NCBI GenBank assembly: GCA_038217285.1
Contig: JBBQPO010000155.1
Location: 1 to 14,829, forward strand
Reading direction: 5' to 3'
DNA from: Chthonomonadales bacterium
GTDB taxonomy: Bacteria > Armatimonadota > Chthonomonadetes > Chthonomonadales > Chthonomonadaceae
DNA length: 14,829 bases
Shown here one piece after another: positions 1-7,615 of the stretch (position 1 is the stretch's first letter; every line of letters starts with the position of its first letter). The position numbers and the translations under genes were made by a program. Below the pieces are notes generated by a model that was not told where the DNA came from, searched no databases, and saw only the letters and a program-made list of their open reading frames with translations.

Positions 1-18
1 CCAAAGCAGGCATAGGTC

Positions 19-49
19 TTGCGCCGGAAGTCGGCAAGTGTGCTAAAAT
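19..49 (+). promoter_or_regulatory. Candidate sigma70-type promoter (extended -10)
   Basis: TTGCGC at 19-24 and TG-c-TAAAAT at 41-49 (extended -10). The -35/-10 spacer is 19 nt, longer than ideal. Predicted start is near 56, where a hairpin-rich tract begins. Confidence 0.35.
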
Positions 50-55
50 CCATGT

Positions 56-124
56 GGGCACCTTCCTTTCTTGTTAACTGAAAGGTACCCAATGGGGCAG
101 CCAAAGTTTATCTTCGGCTGCTCT
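56..124 (+). other. Two adjacent stem-loops upstream of the SDR gene (structured leader or small RNA candidate)
   Basis: CCTTTC 65-70 pairs with GAAAGG 80-85, and GGGCACC 56-62 pairs imperfectly with GGTACCC 84-90. GGGGCAGCCAAAG 94-106 pairs with CTTCGGCTGCTCT 112-124 using G-U pairs and one mismatch. Confidence 0.35.
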
Positions 125-147
125 GTAGTCTAAACGTCAAAGGTATA

Positions 148-1596
148 ATGACTCTCGGAATACCTTCTGCTTTCCAACAGGAACGGCAGGAGCAGGAAGA
201 GGTCATATTTTATATGGAGATGCCGCCTGAAGACATGGAGTTATGTCTCCAACTGCTGCAACGGATCGCCGATACACCGGGAATTGTACGCTGTAACGAC
301 CGTTTTAAGGGACTGATCTCGAAGATATACAAAGAGAGCAAGCGGGACGATCAGCGCGAGGAGCGGTGGCGCCAACGCATGGAAGACCGCGCGACGCAGG
401 CGACGACAGCGATGGTGCAGATCCAGCGAGATGCTGTTTCGGTGGCGGCGCTCCCGCCCCCTGAATCCTCCCGCAGCACGACGCTGAATCGCCCGCAGAC
501 TTGCTATATCTGCAAGGCGGACTATACCGAAGTCCACTTCTTCTATCATCTGCTCTGCCCGACCTGCGCCGAATTTAGCTACCGCATGCGGCATCTCCAC
601 GCCGACCTTACCGGGCGAACGGCGCTGGTGACCGGGGGGCGGGTGAAGATCGGCTTTCAGACCGTGCTCCGTCTGCTCCGCGACGGCGCGAAAGTGATCG
701 TCACGACGCGATTTCCGAATTCCGCCGCCCGCCGGTTCCACGCCGAGGCCGATTCTGCCGATTGGGCCGAGCGCCTGCATCTTTACGGACTCGATCTGCG
801 GAACATTCCGGCCGTAGAACGGTTCGCGCGCCATCTGCTCGATACGGAACCTCATCTCGATATTGTGATTCACAATGCCGCGCAGACGATTCGCCGCCCG
901 CCGGGGTTCTATCAGGAGCTGGCGGCGGTCGAACAGTCGCCTCATGAGACTCTGTCGATCGAGGCGATGCACCTCGTTCGCAATGAGGCCCCGACGACGC
1001 TGGGGATCACGGACAGCTCCGCCTTGCTGCCTGCCATCCTGCCCGCGGTGCGCGACGTACTGCCGGCGGATGCGCTGGAGGACAACGAGGAGCGCGCCGA
1101 TTCGCGCACCGTCAATAGCTGGCTGCTGCGTCTGGACGAGGTCAGCGCGCCGGAGATGCTCGAGGTGCAACTGGTCAACTCGGTCGCGCCGTTCGTGCTG
1201 AACAGCCGCCTGAAGCCGCTCTTGATGCGCTCGCCCTTCCCACGGCGTTTTATTGTCAATGTCTCCGCGATGGAGGGGCAGTTCCGACGCCACAAGACCG
1301 TTTTTCATCCGCACACGAATATGGCGAAGGCGGCGCTGAACATGATGACGCGCACCTCCGGCGCCGACTACGCCGCCGACCAGATCTATATGACCAGTGT
1401 GGATACCGGATGGGTCACGGACGAAAACCCGACGCACATACGCCTTCGCAATCAGGAGGAGGGCGGCTTCTTTGCGCCCCTGGACATCATGGACGGCATG
1501 GCGCGCATCTACCATCCCATTGCAACGGGCATTACCGACACGCCGGAGCCGCCTTTTGGGGTGTTCCTCAAAGACTTCGTCTCCTGCGCCTGGTAG
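148..1596 (+). CDS. Atypical SDR-family NAD(P)-dependent oxidoreductase with N-terminal Cys-rich (Zn-finger-like) segment
   Basis: Rossmann motif ALVTGGRVKIG, plus LDIVIHNAAQT, IVNVSAMEG, HTNMAKAALNM and SVDTGWV. CYIC...CPTC precedes the Rossmann fold. The start is uncertain (ATG 148, 214, 220 or 235). Confidence 0.9.
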   Translation: MTLGIPSAFQQERQEQEEVIFYMEMPPEDMELCLQLLQRIADTPGIVRCNDRFKGLISKIYKESKRDDQREERWRQRMEDRATQATTAMVQIQRDAVSVAALPPPESSRSTTLNRPQTCYICKADYTEVHFFYHLLCPTCAEFSYRMRHLHADLTGRTALVTGGRVKIGFQTVLRLLRDGAKVIVTTRFPNSAARRFHAEADSADWAERLHLYGLDLRNIPAVERFARHLLDTEPHLDIVIHNAAQTIRRPPGFYQELAAVEQSPHETLSIEAMHLVRNEAPTTLGITDSSALLPAILPAVRDVLPADALEDNEERADSRTVNSWLLRLDEVSAPEMLEVQLVNSVAPFVLNSRLKPLLMRSPFPRRFIVNVSAMEGQFRRHKTVFHPHTNMAKAALNMMTRTSGADYAADQIYMTSVDTGWVTDENPTHIRLRNQEEGGFFAPLDIMDGMARIYHPIATGITDTPEPPFGVFLKDFVSCAW

Positions 1597-1642
1597 ACGG
1601 TTCCTAAACGTAAGGCGAGCTGAACAGAAGGGAAACAAGCTT

Positions 1643-3631
1643 ATGTATCTCGGATCCGCGTGGTATCCCGAGCACTGGTCGGAAGACCGATGGGCCGAAG
1701 ATGTGCGGTTGATGCGCGAGGCCGGCTTCAATGTCTGCCGCATCGCGGAGTTCGCCTGGTCGTCGCTGGAGCCGACGGAGGGCCAGTACGAGTTCGGCTG
1801 GTTGGAACGGGCGGTCGCGCTGCTGCATGAGAACGGCCTGGCCGTCGTGCTGGGAACGCCGACAGCCGCGCCTCCGGCCTGGCTAACACATCATCACCCC
1901 GACACGCTGGCGATCGAACCGAATGGACGCCCCGCGCAGCATGGCAACCGCTGCCACGTCTCGCCGCTCAGTTCCACCTTTCATAAATCCGCCCGCCGCA
2001 TCACCGATCAGATGGCGCGACGGTTCGGGAAGGATGCCCGTGTGATCGGCTGGCAACTGGACAACGAGTACAGCCGTGTGGACTATTCGGAGGTGGCGCG
2101 GCGGCAGTTTCAGCATTTTCTGCGTGAACAGTACGGTACTCTGGAGGCTCTGAACGCCCACTGGTCCACCGCGTACTGGAGCCAGACCTACAGCGACTGG
2201 AACGAGATCCCGATCCCTGTCGGCGCGCACAATCCCGGCCTGATGCTGGCGTTTCGGCACTTCGTCACACGCACATGGCGCGACTTCCAGAAGCTTCAGA
2301 TCGACGTGATCCGCCAGTATGCCGGGCCGGAGCAGTGGATCACCTCCAACTTCATGGGCTGGTTCGATGCGTTCGACCACTACAAAATCTGCGAAGATCT
2401 GGATTTCGCCACATGGGACTGGTATATCGGCACGGGGCATCACAAGTTTCCTGCGTCCGGCACGCTTCACGACCTTACGCGCGGTTTCAAGCGGCGTAAC
2501 TTCTGGGTCATGGAGACTCAGCCCGGCTGTGTCAACTGGTCGGGCATCAACAACATGCTGAACAAGGGGGAAGCGCGGTGCATGGCGTGGCACGCCATCG
2601 CCCACGGGGCCGACGCGATTCTCTACTGGCAGTGGCGCTCTGCACTGGGCGGACAGGAACAGTTGCACGGCTCCCTGCTCGGCGCGGACGGCCATCCTCG
2701 CCCGTTCTACAGCGAAGCCCAGCAGATCGGGCGGGACTTTCAGGCGGTCGGCGCGCTTCTGGAGGGCACCACACCGCAGAATGAGGTCGCGCTGCTGCAC
2801 TCCTACGATGCGCGCTGGAGCGTCAACTGGCAGAGACACCATAAAGATTTCGATCCGACCGGTCTTCTCACCGACTACTACCGTCCGATTGCGAGGCGTA
2901 ATATCGGGATCGACATCGTCTCTTCGGAGGCGACACTGGGGCAATATAAACTGGTCATCGCGCCTGCGGTCACTCTACTGACTGAAGTCGCTGTCCAGAG
3001 TCTTATAGGGTATGTCGAGAACGGCGGAACGCTGGTGTTGGGAGTGCGCTGTGGCCAGAAGGATGCGCACAACGCCTTGTTTCCAGCGCTGCAGCCGGGT
3101 CCGCTGCGCGAAATTGCCGGAGCGGAGGTCGCGGAGTACTTCGCGCTGGACGAGCCGGTCCCAGTACACGCCGCCTGGAACGGAGCGGAGGAGGGCGAAA
3201 CCCGCCTCTGGGCCGAACTGCTGCGCCCTCTTACCCCGGAGACGGAGGTTCTGGCGACGTTCGGGCCCTCCAACGGCTGGCTCGATGCAGGCGCGGCGGT
3301 GACACGCCACCGGGTCGGCGACAAGGGAGGAGCGGTCGTTATGGTCGGAGGCTGGCTCGACGACGTCCTGCTGGCCTCGCTGACAGGATGGCTTCTCCAG
3401 GAGACCGGAGTTGCCCCGCTGGTTACCGGTGCGCCAGAGGGTGTGGAGGTCGCGCGTCGCGTCGATGCAAACGGCAAGGCGGTCCTGCTCGTTATCAATC
3501 ATAACCGGACGGAGGCAGCGGTTGCTTTGACGGGTGCGACAAACTCCCGCAAAGATGTGTTGACCGGGGAGGAGTTCGGCGAGAATGTCACCCTGCCGGG
3601 ATACGGTGTGCGCGTCTTTGTGGGGATGTGA
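1643..3631 (+). CDS. Beta-galactosidase, glycoside hydrolase family 42
   Basis: Begins MYLGSAWYPEHW (ATG 1643, purine-rich RBS GAAGGGA upstream; the ORF-track start at 1397 overlaps the SDR gene). Motifs IAEFAWSSLEP, LGTPTAAPPAWL, WQLDNEY (acid/base Glu), WVMETQPG (nucleophile Glu), YWQWR..GGQEQLHG, then a trimerisation domain. Confidence 0.95.
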   Translation: MYLGSAWYPEHWSEDRWAEDVRLMREAGFNVCRIAEFAWSSLEPTEGQYEFGWLERAVALLHENGLAVVLGTPTAAPPAWLTHHHPDTLAIEPNGRPAQHGNRCHVSPLSSTFHKSARRITDQMARRFGKDARVIGWQLDNEYSRVDYSEVARRQFQHFLREQYGTLEALNAHWSTAYWSQTYSDWNEIPIPVGAHNPGLMLAFRHFVTRTWRDFQKLQIDVIRQYAGPEQWITSNFMGWFDAFDHYKICEDLDFATWDWYIGTGHHKFPASGTLHDLTRGFKRRNFWVMETQPGCVNWSGINNMLNKGEARCMAWHAIAHGADAILYWQWRSALGGQEQLHGSLLGADGHPRPFYSEAQQIGRDFQAVGALLEGTTPQNEVALLHSYDARWSVNWQRHHKDFDPTGLLTDYYRPIARRNIGIDIVSSEATLGQYKLVIAPAVTLLTEVAVQSLIGYVENGGTLVLGVRCGQKDAHNALFPALQPGPLREIAGAEVAEYFALDEPVPVHAAWNGAEEGETRLWAELLRPLTPETEVLATFGPSNGWLDAGAAVTRHRVGDKGGAVVMVGGWLDDVLLASLTGWLLQETGVAPLVTGAPEGVEVARRVDANGKAVLLVINHNRTEAAVALTGATNSRKDVLTGEEFGENVTLPGYGVRVFVGM

Positions 3632-3643
3632 GGAGGAGCGGCG

Positions 3644-4255
3644 ATGTTTACAGGACTCGTAGAAGAGATAGGGCGGATCATAGAGGTTCAGATGGCGGAG
3701 CGGTCGGCGAAACTGACGGTGAGTGCGCCGACGGTGCATCAGGGCGTCAAACTCGGCGACAGCATCGCGGTCAACGGCTGCTGCCTGACGGTGATCGGCC
3801 AGGAGGCGGATCGGTTGACCTTCGATGCCGTGCCGGAGACGCTGATCCGCACCAATCTGGGTTCCCTGTGTCCGGGAGAGCGCGTCAACCTCGAACGTCC
3901 TCTGGAGGTCGGTGCGCGGCTTGGCGGGCATTTCGTTCAGGGGCATATCGATGGGGTGGGGACCGTGCTGGCCGTGACGCCGGATGAGAATGCGGTCGTT
4001 ATGGAGATCGGCATGCCGGGTCCGCTTCGTCGCTACTTTGTCGAGAAGGGCTCTGTCGCCGTCGATGGCGTCAGCTTGACGGTGGCTTCCGCCCTGACCA
4101 CCTCGTTTACGGTCTGGACGATACCGCATACCCGCGCCGTCACGACGCTCGGCGACCGCAAAGTCGGGGATCGCGTCAATCTGGAGTGCGATCTGCTCGG
4201 CAAATATATCGAGCGTCTCCTGGCCGAGCGTGAAGGAACGACCCCGGCCGCATAA
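3644..4255 (+). CDS. ribE: Riboflavin synthase (alpha chain)
   Basis: Signature N-terminus MFTGLVEEIG; GDSIAVNGCCLTV, VNLERPL, RLGGHFVQGHID, KGSVAVDGVSLTV, VNLECDLLGKY. Strong RBS AGGAGGAG. Called ribC in E. coli nomenclature. Confidence 0.97.
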   Translation: MFTGLVEEIGRIIEVQMAERSAKLTVSAPTVHQGVKLGDSIAVNGCCLTVIGQEADRLTFDAVPETLIRTNLGSLCPGERVNLERPLEVGARLGGHFVQGHIDGVGTVLAVTPDENAVVMEIGMPGPLRRYFVEKGSVAVDGVSLTVASALTTSFTVWTIPHTRAVTTLGDRKVGDRVNLECDLLGKYIERLLAEREGTTPAA

Positions 4256-4276
4256 CGACTCCCTAACGAGGAAGAA

Positions 4277-4302
4277 GCCCCGGAGCAATCTTGCACCGGG
4301 GC
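4277..4302. terminator. Stem-loop between convergent genes, probable intrinsic terminator
   Basis: GCCCCGG-A-GCAA-TC-TTGC-A-CCGGGGC inverted repeat between the ribE stop (4255) and the stop of the minus-strand gene (4321). On the minus strand it is followed by TTCTTCC. Confidence 0.6.
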
Positions 4303-4320
4303 CTCGCTGGCTGTTGTGTT

Positions 4321-4653
4321 TTAGGCTTCCATGTCGTCTTCGACGATTTCTTCGGCCTCGACTTCCGCCTCATCGAAATCTTCTCCGGCTTCGTCGAGGG
4401 CCACCGCATCGATCATTTTCAAGGGATCGGCGTCGCTAGAGGCGCTGAAACTGCGGCGAAGAGGTTCGATATCGCCCATGCCCACCGCGTTCGGGTTTTT
4501 CTGGCGGGCCTCATCGCTGACGAATTTGACCTTGCCCTCGGGGTTGTGCTCTTTCGAGTAGGTAAACTCCGCCATCCACAGCGGAATCTTGACAATGGGT
4601 TTGCCCGTATCCGCGCAAACGACTTCTCTCACTTCCAAATCCGGCTTACGCAT
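4321..4653 (-). CDS. Hypothetical protein, ~110 aa, degenerate zinc-ribbon-like N-terminus and highly acidic C-terminal tail
   Basis: Protein-like composition; AGGAG upstream of ATG 4653 (GTG 4665 is an alternative start). VVCADTGKPI...KFVSDEARQK, then the D/E-rich tail LDEAGEDFDEAEVEAEEIVEDDMEA. Confidence 0.8.
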   Translation of the reverse strand: MRKPDLEVREVVCADTGKPIVKIPLWMAEFTYSKEHNPEGKVKFVSDEARQKNPNAVGMGDIEPLRRSFSASSDADPLKMIDAVALDEAGEDFDEAEVEAEEIVEDDMEA

Positions 4654-4763
4654 AGGTCGCTTCACTCCTGCAATATCCGTCCTGTTCTGACGGAGTCGAT
4701 GCTGTGTTCATTCCTGTTAGGATTTGCGCTCCTCAGAGAGCGCCTGGGGTTTCGCCTGGGTCT

Positions 4764-5015
4764 CTAGTTCGTGCCTACTTCGGTTTCGGTGGGCACCGGG
4801 CGAACCGGGGCTACGGGCGCGGGGGGCGCGTTTTTGAGAGAGACATATCCGTTGACCAGCATCATCACGCCTGCTCCGAGATAGAACAGCGAGGTGTAAG
4901 GCGTCTGGTCCTGGCCCGGTTCATACAAAAATCGACCCCCAGTGGCAAAGCCGAGGATGCTGACGCCGATCAGAGCGATTCCGATCAGCACGAACATATT
5001 CAGAAAACGCAGCAT
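4764..5015 (-). CDS. Small hypothetical membrane protein (2 predicted TM helices, Pro-rich tail)
   Basis: GGAAGGA RBS before ATG 5015 (MLRFLN...). Hydrophobic runs FLNMFVLIGIALIGVSILGFA and SLFYLGAGVMMLVNGYV. Confidence 0.75.
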   Translation of the reverse strand: MLRFLNMFVLIGIALIGVSILGFATGGRFLYEPGQDQTPYTSLFYLGAGVMMLVNGYVSLKNAPPAPVAPVRPVPTETEVGTN

Positions 5016-5065
5016 AGCGAGTCCTTCCACAGGAGGTAGTGCCCGAATCCGGGCTTCCAGTTAGT

Positions 5066-5144
5066 ATACCTCAATTTCGGGCCGCAGGTTTCCGATTCAT
5101 GCAGGGTTCGTTCGGAGTGTCGCATTGACTTGAAATTGGGGTAT
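5066..5144. promoter_or_regulatory. Spaced inverted repeat in a divergent promoter region
   Basis: ATACCTCAATTTC (5066-5078) and GAAATTGGGGTAT (5132-5144) are reverse complements at 12 of 13 positions. Each outward-facing arm runs into a -10-like hexamer (TATACT on minus, TATCCT on plus). Confidence 0.4.
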
Positions 5145-5213
5145 CCTGAATCGGCTTCGTACTCTCTAGCGATCCCTATCATTGCCCTGCAAGCGGCTGA
5201 AAGAGGCTGACCG

Positions 5214-6365
5214 GTGAGCCTGGTCTTTATCAACTATCCTCTCGAAACTTTTACTCCTACCAGCAGCGGGGCGCTGGCGACCATCATCCATGAGTGCTGT
5301 CGGGTCGCGGAACATCAGGGCATTCGGCCGACTGTCGTCTCGCGCCGGAGCCACGACGCCCCTTTCGACTGGAATCCTCTCCACCTGATCGACTTCGCGG
5401 AGCCGCCGACCGGCGGATTCCCACTGTTTCGGGCGCGCGCCGAGCGTAAACTCCTGCAGCATCGGCATCTGGGGTATCGCCTCTTCATCGCGAGAGTGAT
5501 TCAGACCCTCAAGAAGCACGATCTCACGTCGCGGCCCCTGGTGCTGATGAACGATCCCGAATCCGCCGTCATCCTGCGACGCTATCTCCCCAACGCCTTC
5601 ATTCTGCACTGGTTCTTCAATCATATCGAGACGCGCCCTCGGTTCCGAACCGCGTTCGGCGCGGCGGTAAACGTACATGCGGCCGTCAGCGATTTCACCG
5701 GGCGCTACACCACCGAATACTACGGCTTGGGGGATACGCAGCCGGTCAACACCGTCTATATCGCGGCGGACAACAAGGCGTTCCATCCGGCGGAGCGCGT
5801 ACCAGAGGGGCTGCCGATCCTCAATTTCGTGGGCCGCACCGGGCCCGAGAAGGCGCCCGACCTGTTCCTGTCGGCGGCGCTGCGGATGGCGAAGCGTACC
5901 AAAGCGTTTCGGCTCCAACTCCTGGGCTCCAACCACTGGGGCCGCCTGGAGATGAACGACTATCAGGTGATGCTTTCCGGGCTGGCCGAAGATCTGGAGC
6001 GGGAGGGTATCGAGGTGCGTCGCCCCGGCCATGTCTCCCGTCCCGATATGCCCGGCGAACTCCGCAAGGCGCATATCCATGTGATGCCTTCGCGCTGGGA
6101 CGAGCCGTTCGCCCTCGCCACCCTGGAGGGAATGGCGACAGGGTTGCCGACGATCGCCTCCCGCACCGGCGGCACTCCGGAGGCGGTGGGCGAGGATGGA
6201 TTCCTGTTCGAGCGCGACTCCGAGGAGGAGTTGGCCGACCATATGCATCGGCTGGTGACCGACGAAGCGCTCCGCACGGAGTACGGGCGGCGCGCTCGGG
6301 AGCGGGTGCTGCAGTACAACTGGGAGCGGACGTGGGGTGACATCAAGCGTCTGACCGGGGTCTAA
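5214..6365 (+). CDS. Glycosyltransferase family 4 (GT-B, retaining)
   Basis: ILNFVGRTGPEKAPD and HVMPSRWDEPFALATLEGMATGLPTIASRTGGTPE (EX7E motif). GTG start with GAGG upstream. Confidence 0.93.
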   Translation: MSLVFINYPLETFTPTSSGALATIIHECCRVAEHQGIRPTVVSRRSHDAPFDWNPLHLIDFAEPPTGGFPLFRARAERKLLQHRHLGYRLFIARVIQTLKKHDLTSRPLVLMNDPESAVILRRYLPNAFILHWFFNHIETRPRFRTAFGAAVNVHAAVSDFTGRYTTEYYGLGDTQPVNTVYIAADNKAFHPAERVPEGLPILNFVGRTGPEKAPDLFLSAALRMAKRTKAFRLQLLGSNHWGRLEMNDYQVMLSGLAEDLEREGIEVRRPGHVSRPDMPGELRKAHIHVMPSRWDEPFALATLEGMATGLPTIASRTGGTPEAVGEDGFLFERDSEEELADHMHRLVTDEALRTEYGRRARERVLQYNWERTWGDIKRLTGV

Positions 6366-6369
6366 TACA

Positions 6370-7521
6370 ATGCGTATCTGTTTTGTGAATACGCCGATCG
6401 AGTACTACTCGCCGATTTCGGGCGGGGCCATCGCCACGGTGATGATGCAGGTGACTCGCCATCTCATCGCCTGCGGGCACGACGTGACGATTCTGACCAT
6501 CGTCAATGAGGACGAAGTCTATCCCGTCGGCACCGTGATTCCGGTCCAGTCGCCCGGCCGAGACGAGATCCCCACGTTGCCGCGCAAGTTCGCGGCCCTG
6601 CGCAGCCGACTCATGGGCTGGGACTGGCCCTACTACGCCTACTATCTGCGCTCGTTTACGCAGGCCCTGAAGCAGCTCTCCCCCTCGCCCGAGGTGATCG
6701 TCTGCTTTAACGATCTGGTCGCGCCCGCCTATATCAAACGGGCGATTCCCAATGCCCGGATCTACGCCTGGCTGCATAACGAGCAGGGGACGCGTCAGAA
6801 GAGCCTCGTCAGGACCGTCGAGGCGACGACCGCCTTTCTGACCTGCAGCCAGTATATCGCCGACTGGACCGCGCGCAAGTACGCCCTTTCCCCCTCCAAA
6901 TTCCGCGTCGTGGCGAACGGGGTGGACCTGGAGGCGTTCTCGCCGCGCCCGGACTATCTCGCGCCGGTACAGACCCTGCGGACGCTGTTCATCGGCCGGA
7001 TCGATCCCAACAAGGGGCCGGATATCGCTGCCGACGCCGTTCGGAAACTTCAGCAGGAGGGCTTCGATATTCGCTTGTCGGTCGCTGGGGGACTGTGGTT
7101 CTATGGGCATGGCAAGGAGATGGAGAACCCCTTCTTCCGCACCTTGAAGGAGAAGATGGACGCCGCCGGGGCGGACTATCTGGGACATGTGACGCGCCCC
7201 GACGTACCTGCCACGATCCGCCGCCACGACATCGCCTTCGTGCTGTCGCGCTCGAACGAGCCGTTCGGCTTGGTGGCTTTAGAGGCGATGGCTTCCGGCT
7301 GTGCGGTGATCTCCTCGGATCGGGGCGGCCTGCCGGAAGCGTGCGGCGGCGCGGGCCTACTGGTCGATCCCGACGATTTCGACGGCGTCGTGCAGCGCCT
7401 GCGCACCCTGGCCTCGGACCCAAATGCGTTGCGGGATCATAAACGAAACGGGGTAGAGCGGGCCGCAACGTCCTCCTGGGAGACCGTCGCCGCCGTCCTC
7501 GAACAAGCCCTTCAATCCTGA
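6370..7521 (+). CDS. Glycosyltransferase family 4 (GT-B, retaining)
   Basis: MRICFV N-terminus, VANGVDLEAFSP, LFIGRIDPNKGPD and EPFGLVALEAMASGCAVISSDRGGLPE (EX7E motif). Starts 4 nt after the previous stop. Confidence 0.95.
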   Translation: MRICFVNTPIEYYSPISGGAIATVMMQVTRHLIACGHDVTILTIVNEDEVYPVGTVIPVQSPGRDEIPTLPRKFAALRSRLMGWDWPYYAYYLRSFTQALKQLSPSPEVIVCFNDLVAPAYIKRAIPNARIYAWLHNEQGTRQKSLVRTVEATTAFLTCSQYIADWTARKYALSPSKFRVVANGVDLEAFSPRPDYLAPVQTLRTLFIGRIDPNKGPDIAADAVRKLQQEGFDIRLSVAGGLWFYGHGKEMENPFFRTLKEKMDAAGADYLGHVTRPDVPATIRRHDIAFVLSRSNEPFGLVALEAMASGCAVISSDRGGLPEACGGAGLLVDPDDFDGVVQRLRTLASDPNALRDHKRNGVERAATSSWETVAAVLEQALQS

Positions 7522-7615
7522 AGACTGACCGCAAAATCGACGCTGGTTCACCGGGTTTCCGGACACAAATTGCGGATCTGGCCCGATATGGGCTGCCATA
7601 GGGTTCACTATCGTG

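Noticed and set aside
52..81. 9-codon uORF MWAPSFLVN as a leader peptide
   Set aside because: The ATG lies only 2 nt after the candidate -10, so it would not be in that transcript. It has no RBS and no informative codon run.
1397..1642. N-terminal extension of the GH42 ORF
   Set aside because: It overlaps the SDR 3' end in another frame. The family-typical N-terminus and RBS are at ATG 1643.
241..1743. 500-aa minus-strand ORF, and similar long antisense ORFs at 1883-2944, 2975-4288, 5166-6248 and 6343-7227
   Set aside because: Shadow ORFs opposite well-supported genes, expected from high-GC codon bias; no recognisable motifs.
4291..4767. 158-aa plus-strand ORF
   Set aside because: Antisense to the better supported acidic protein gene; it starts within the terminator hairpin.
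7529..7594. Weak inverted repeats between the convergent GT4 and epimerase genes as a terminator
   Set aside because: Stems are short or widely spaced (CCGCAA/TTGCGG, GCCC/GGGC) with no U-tract.
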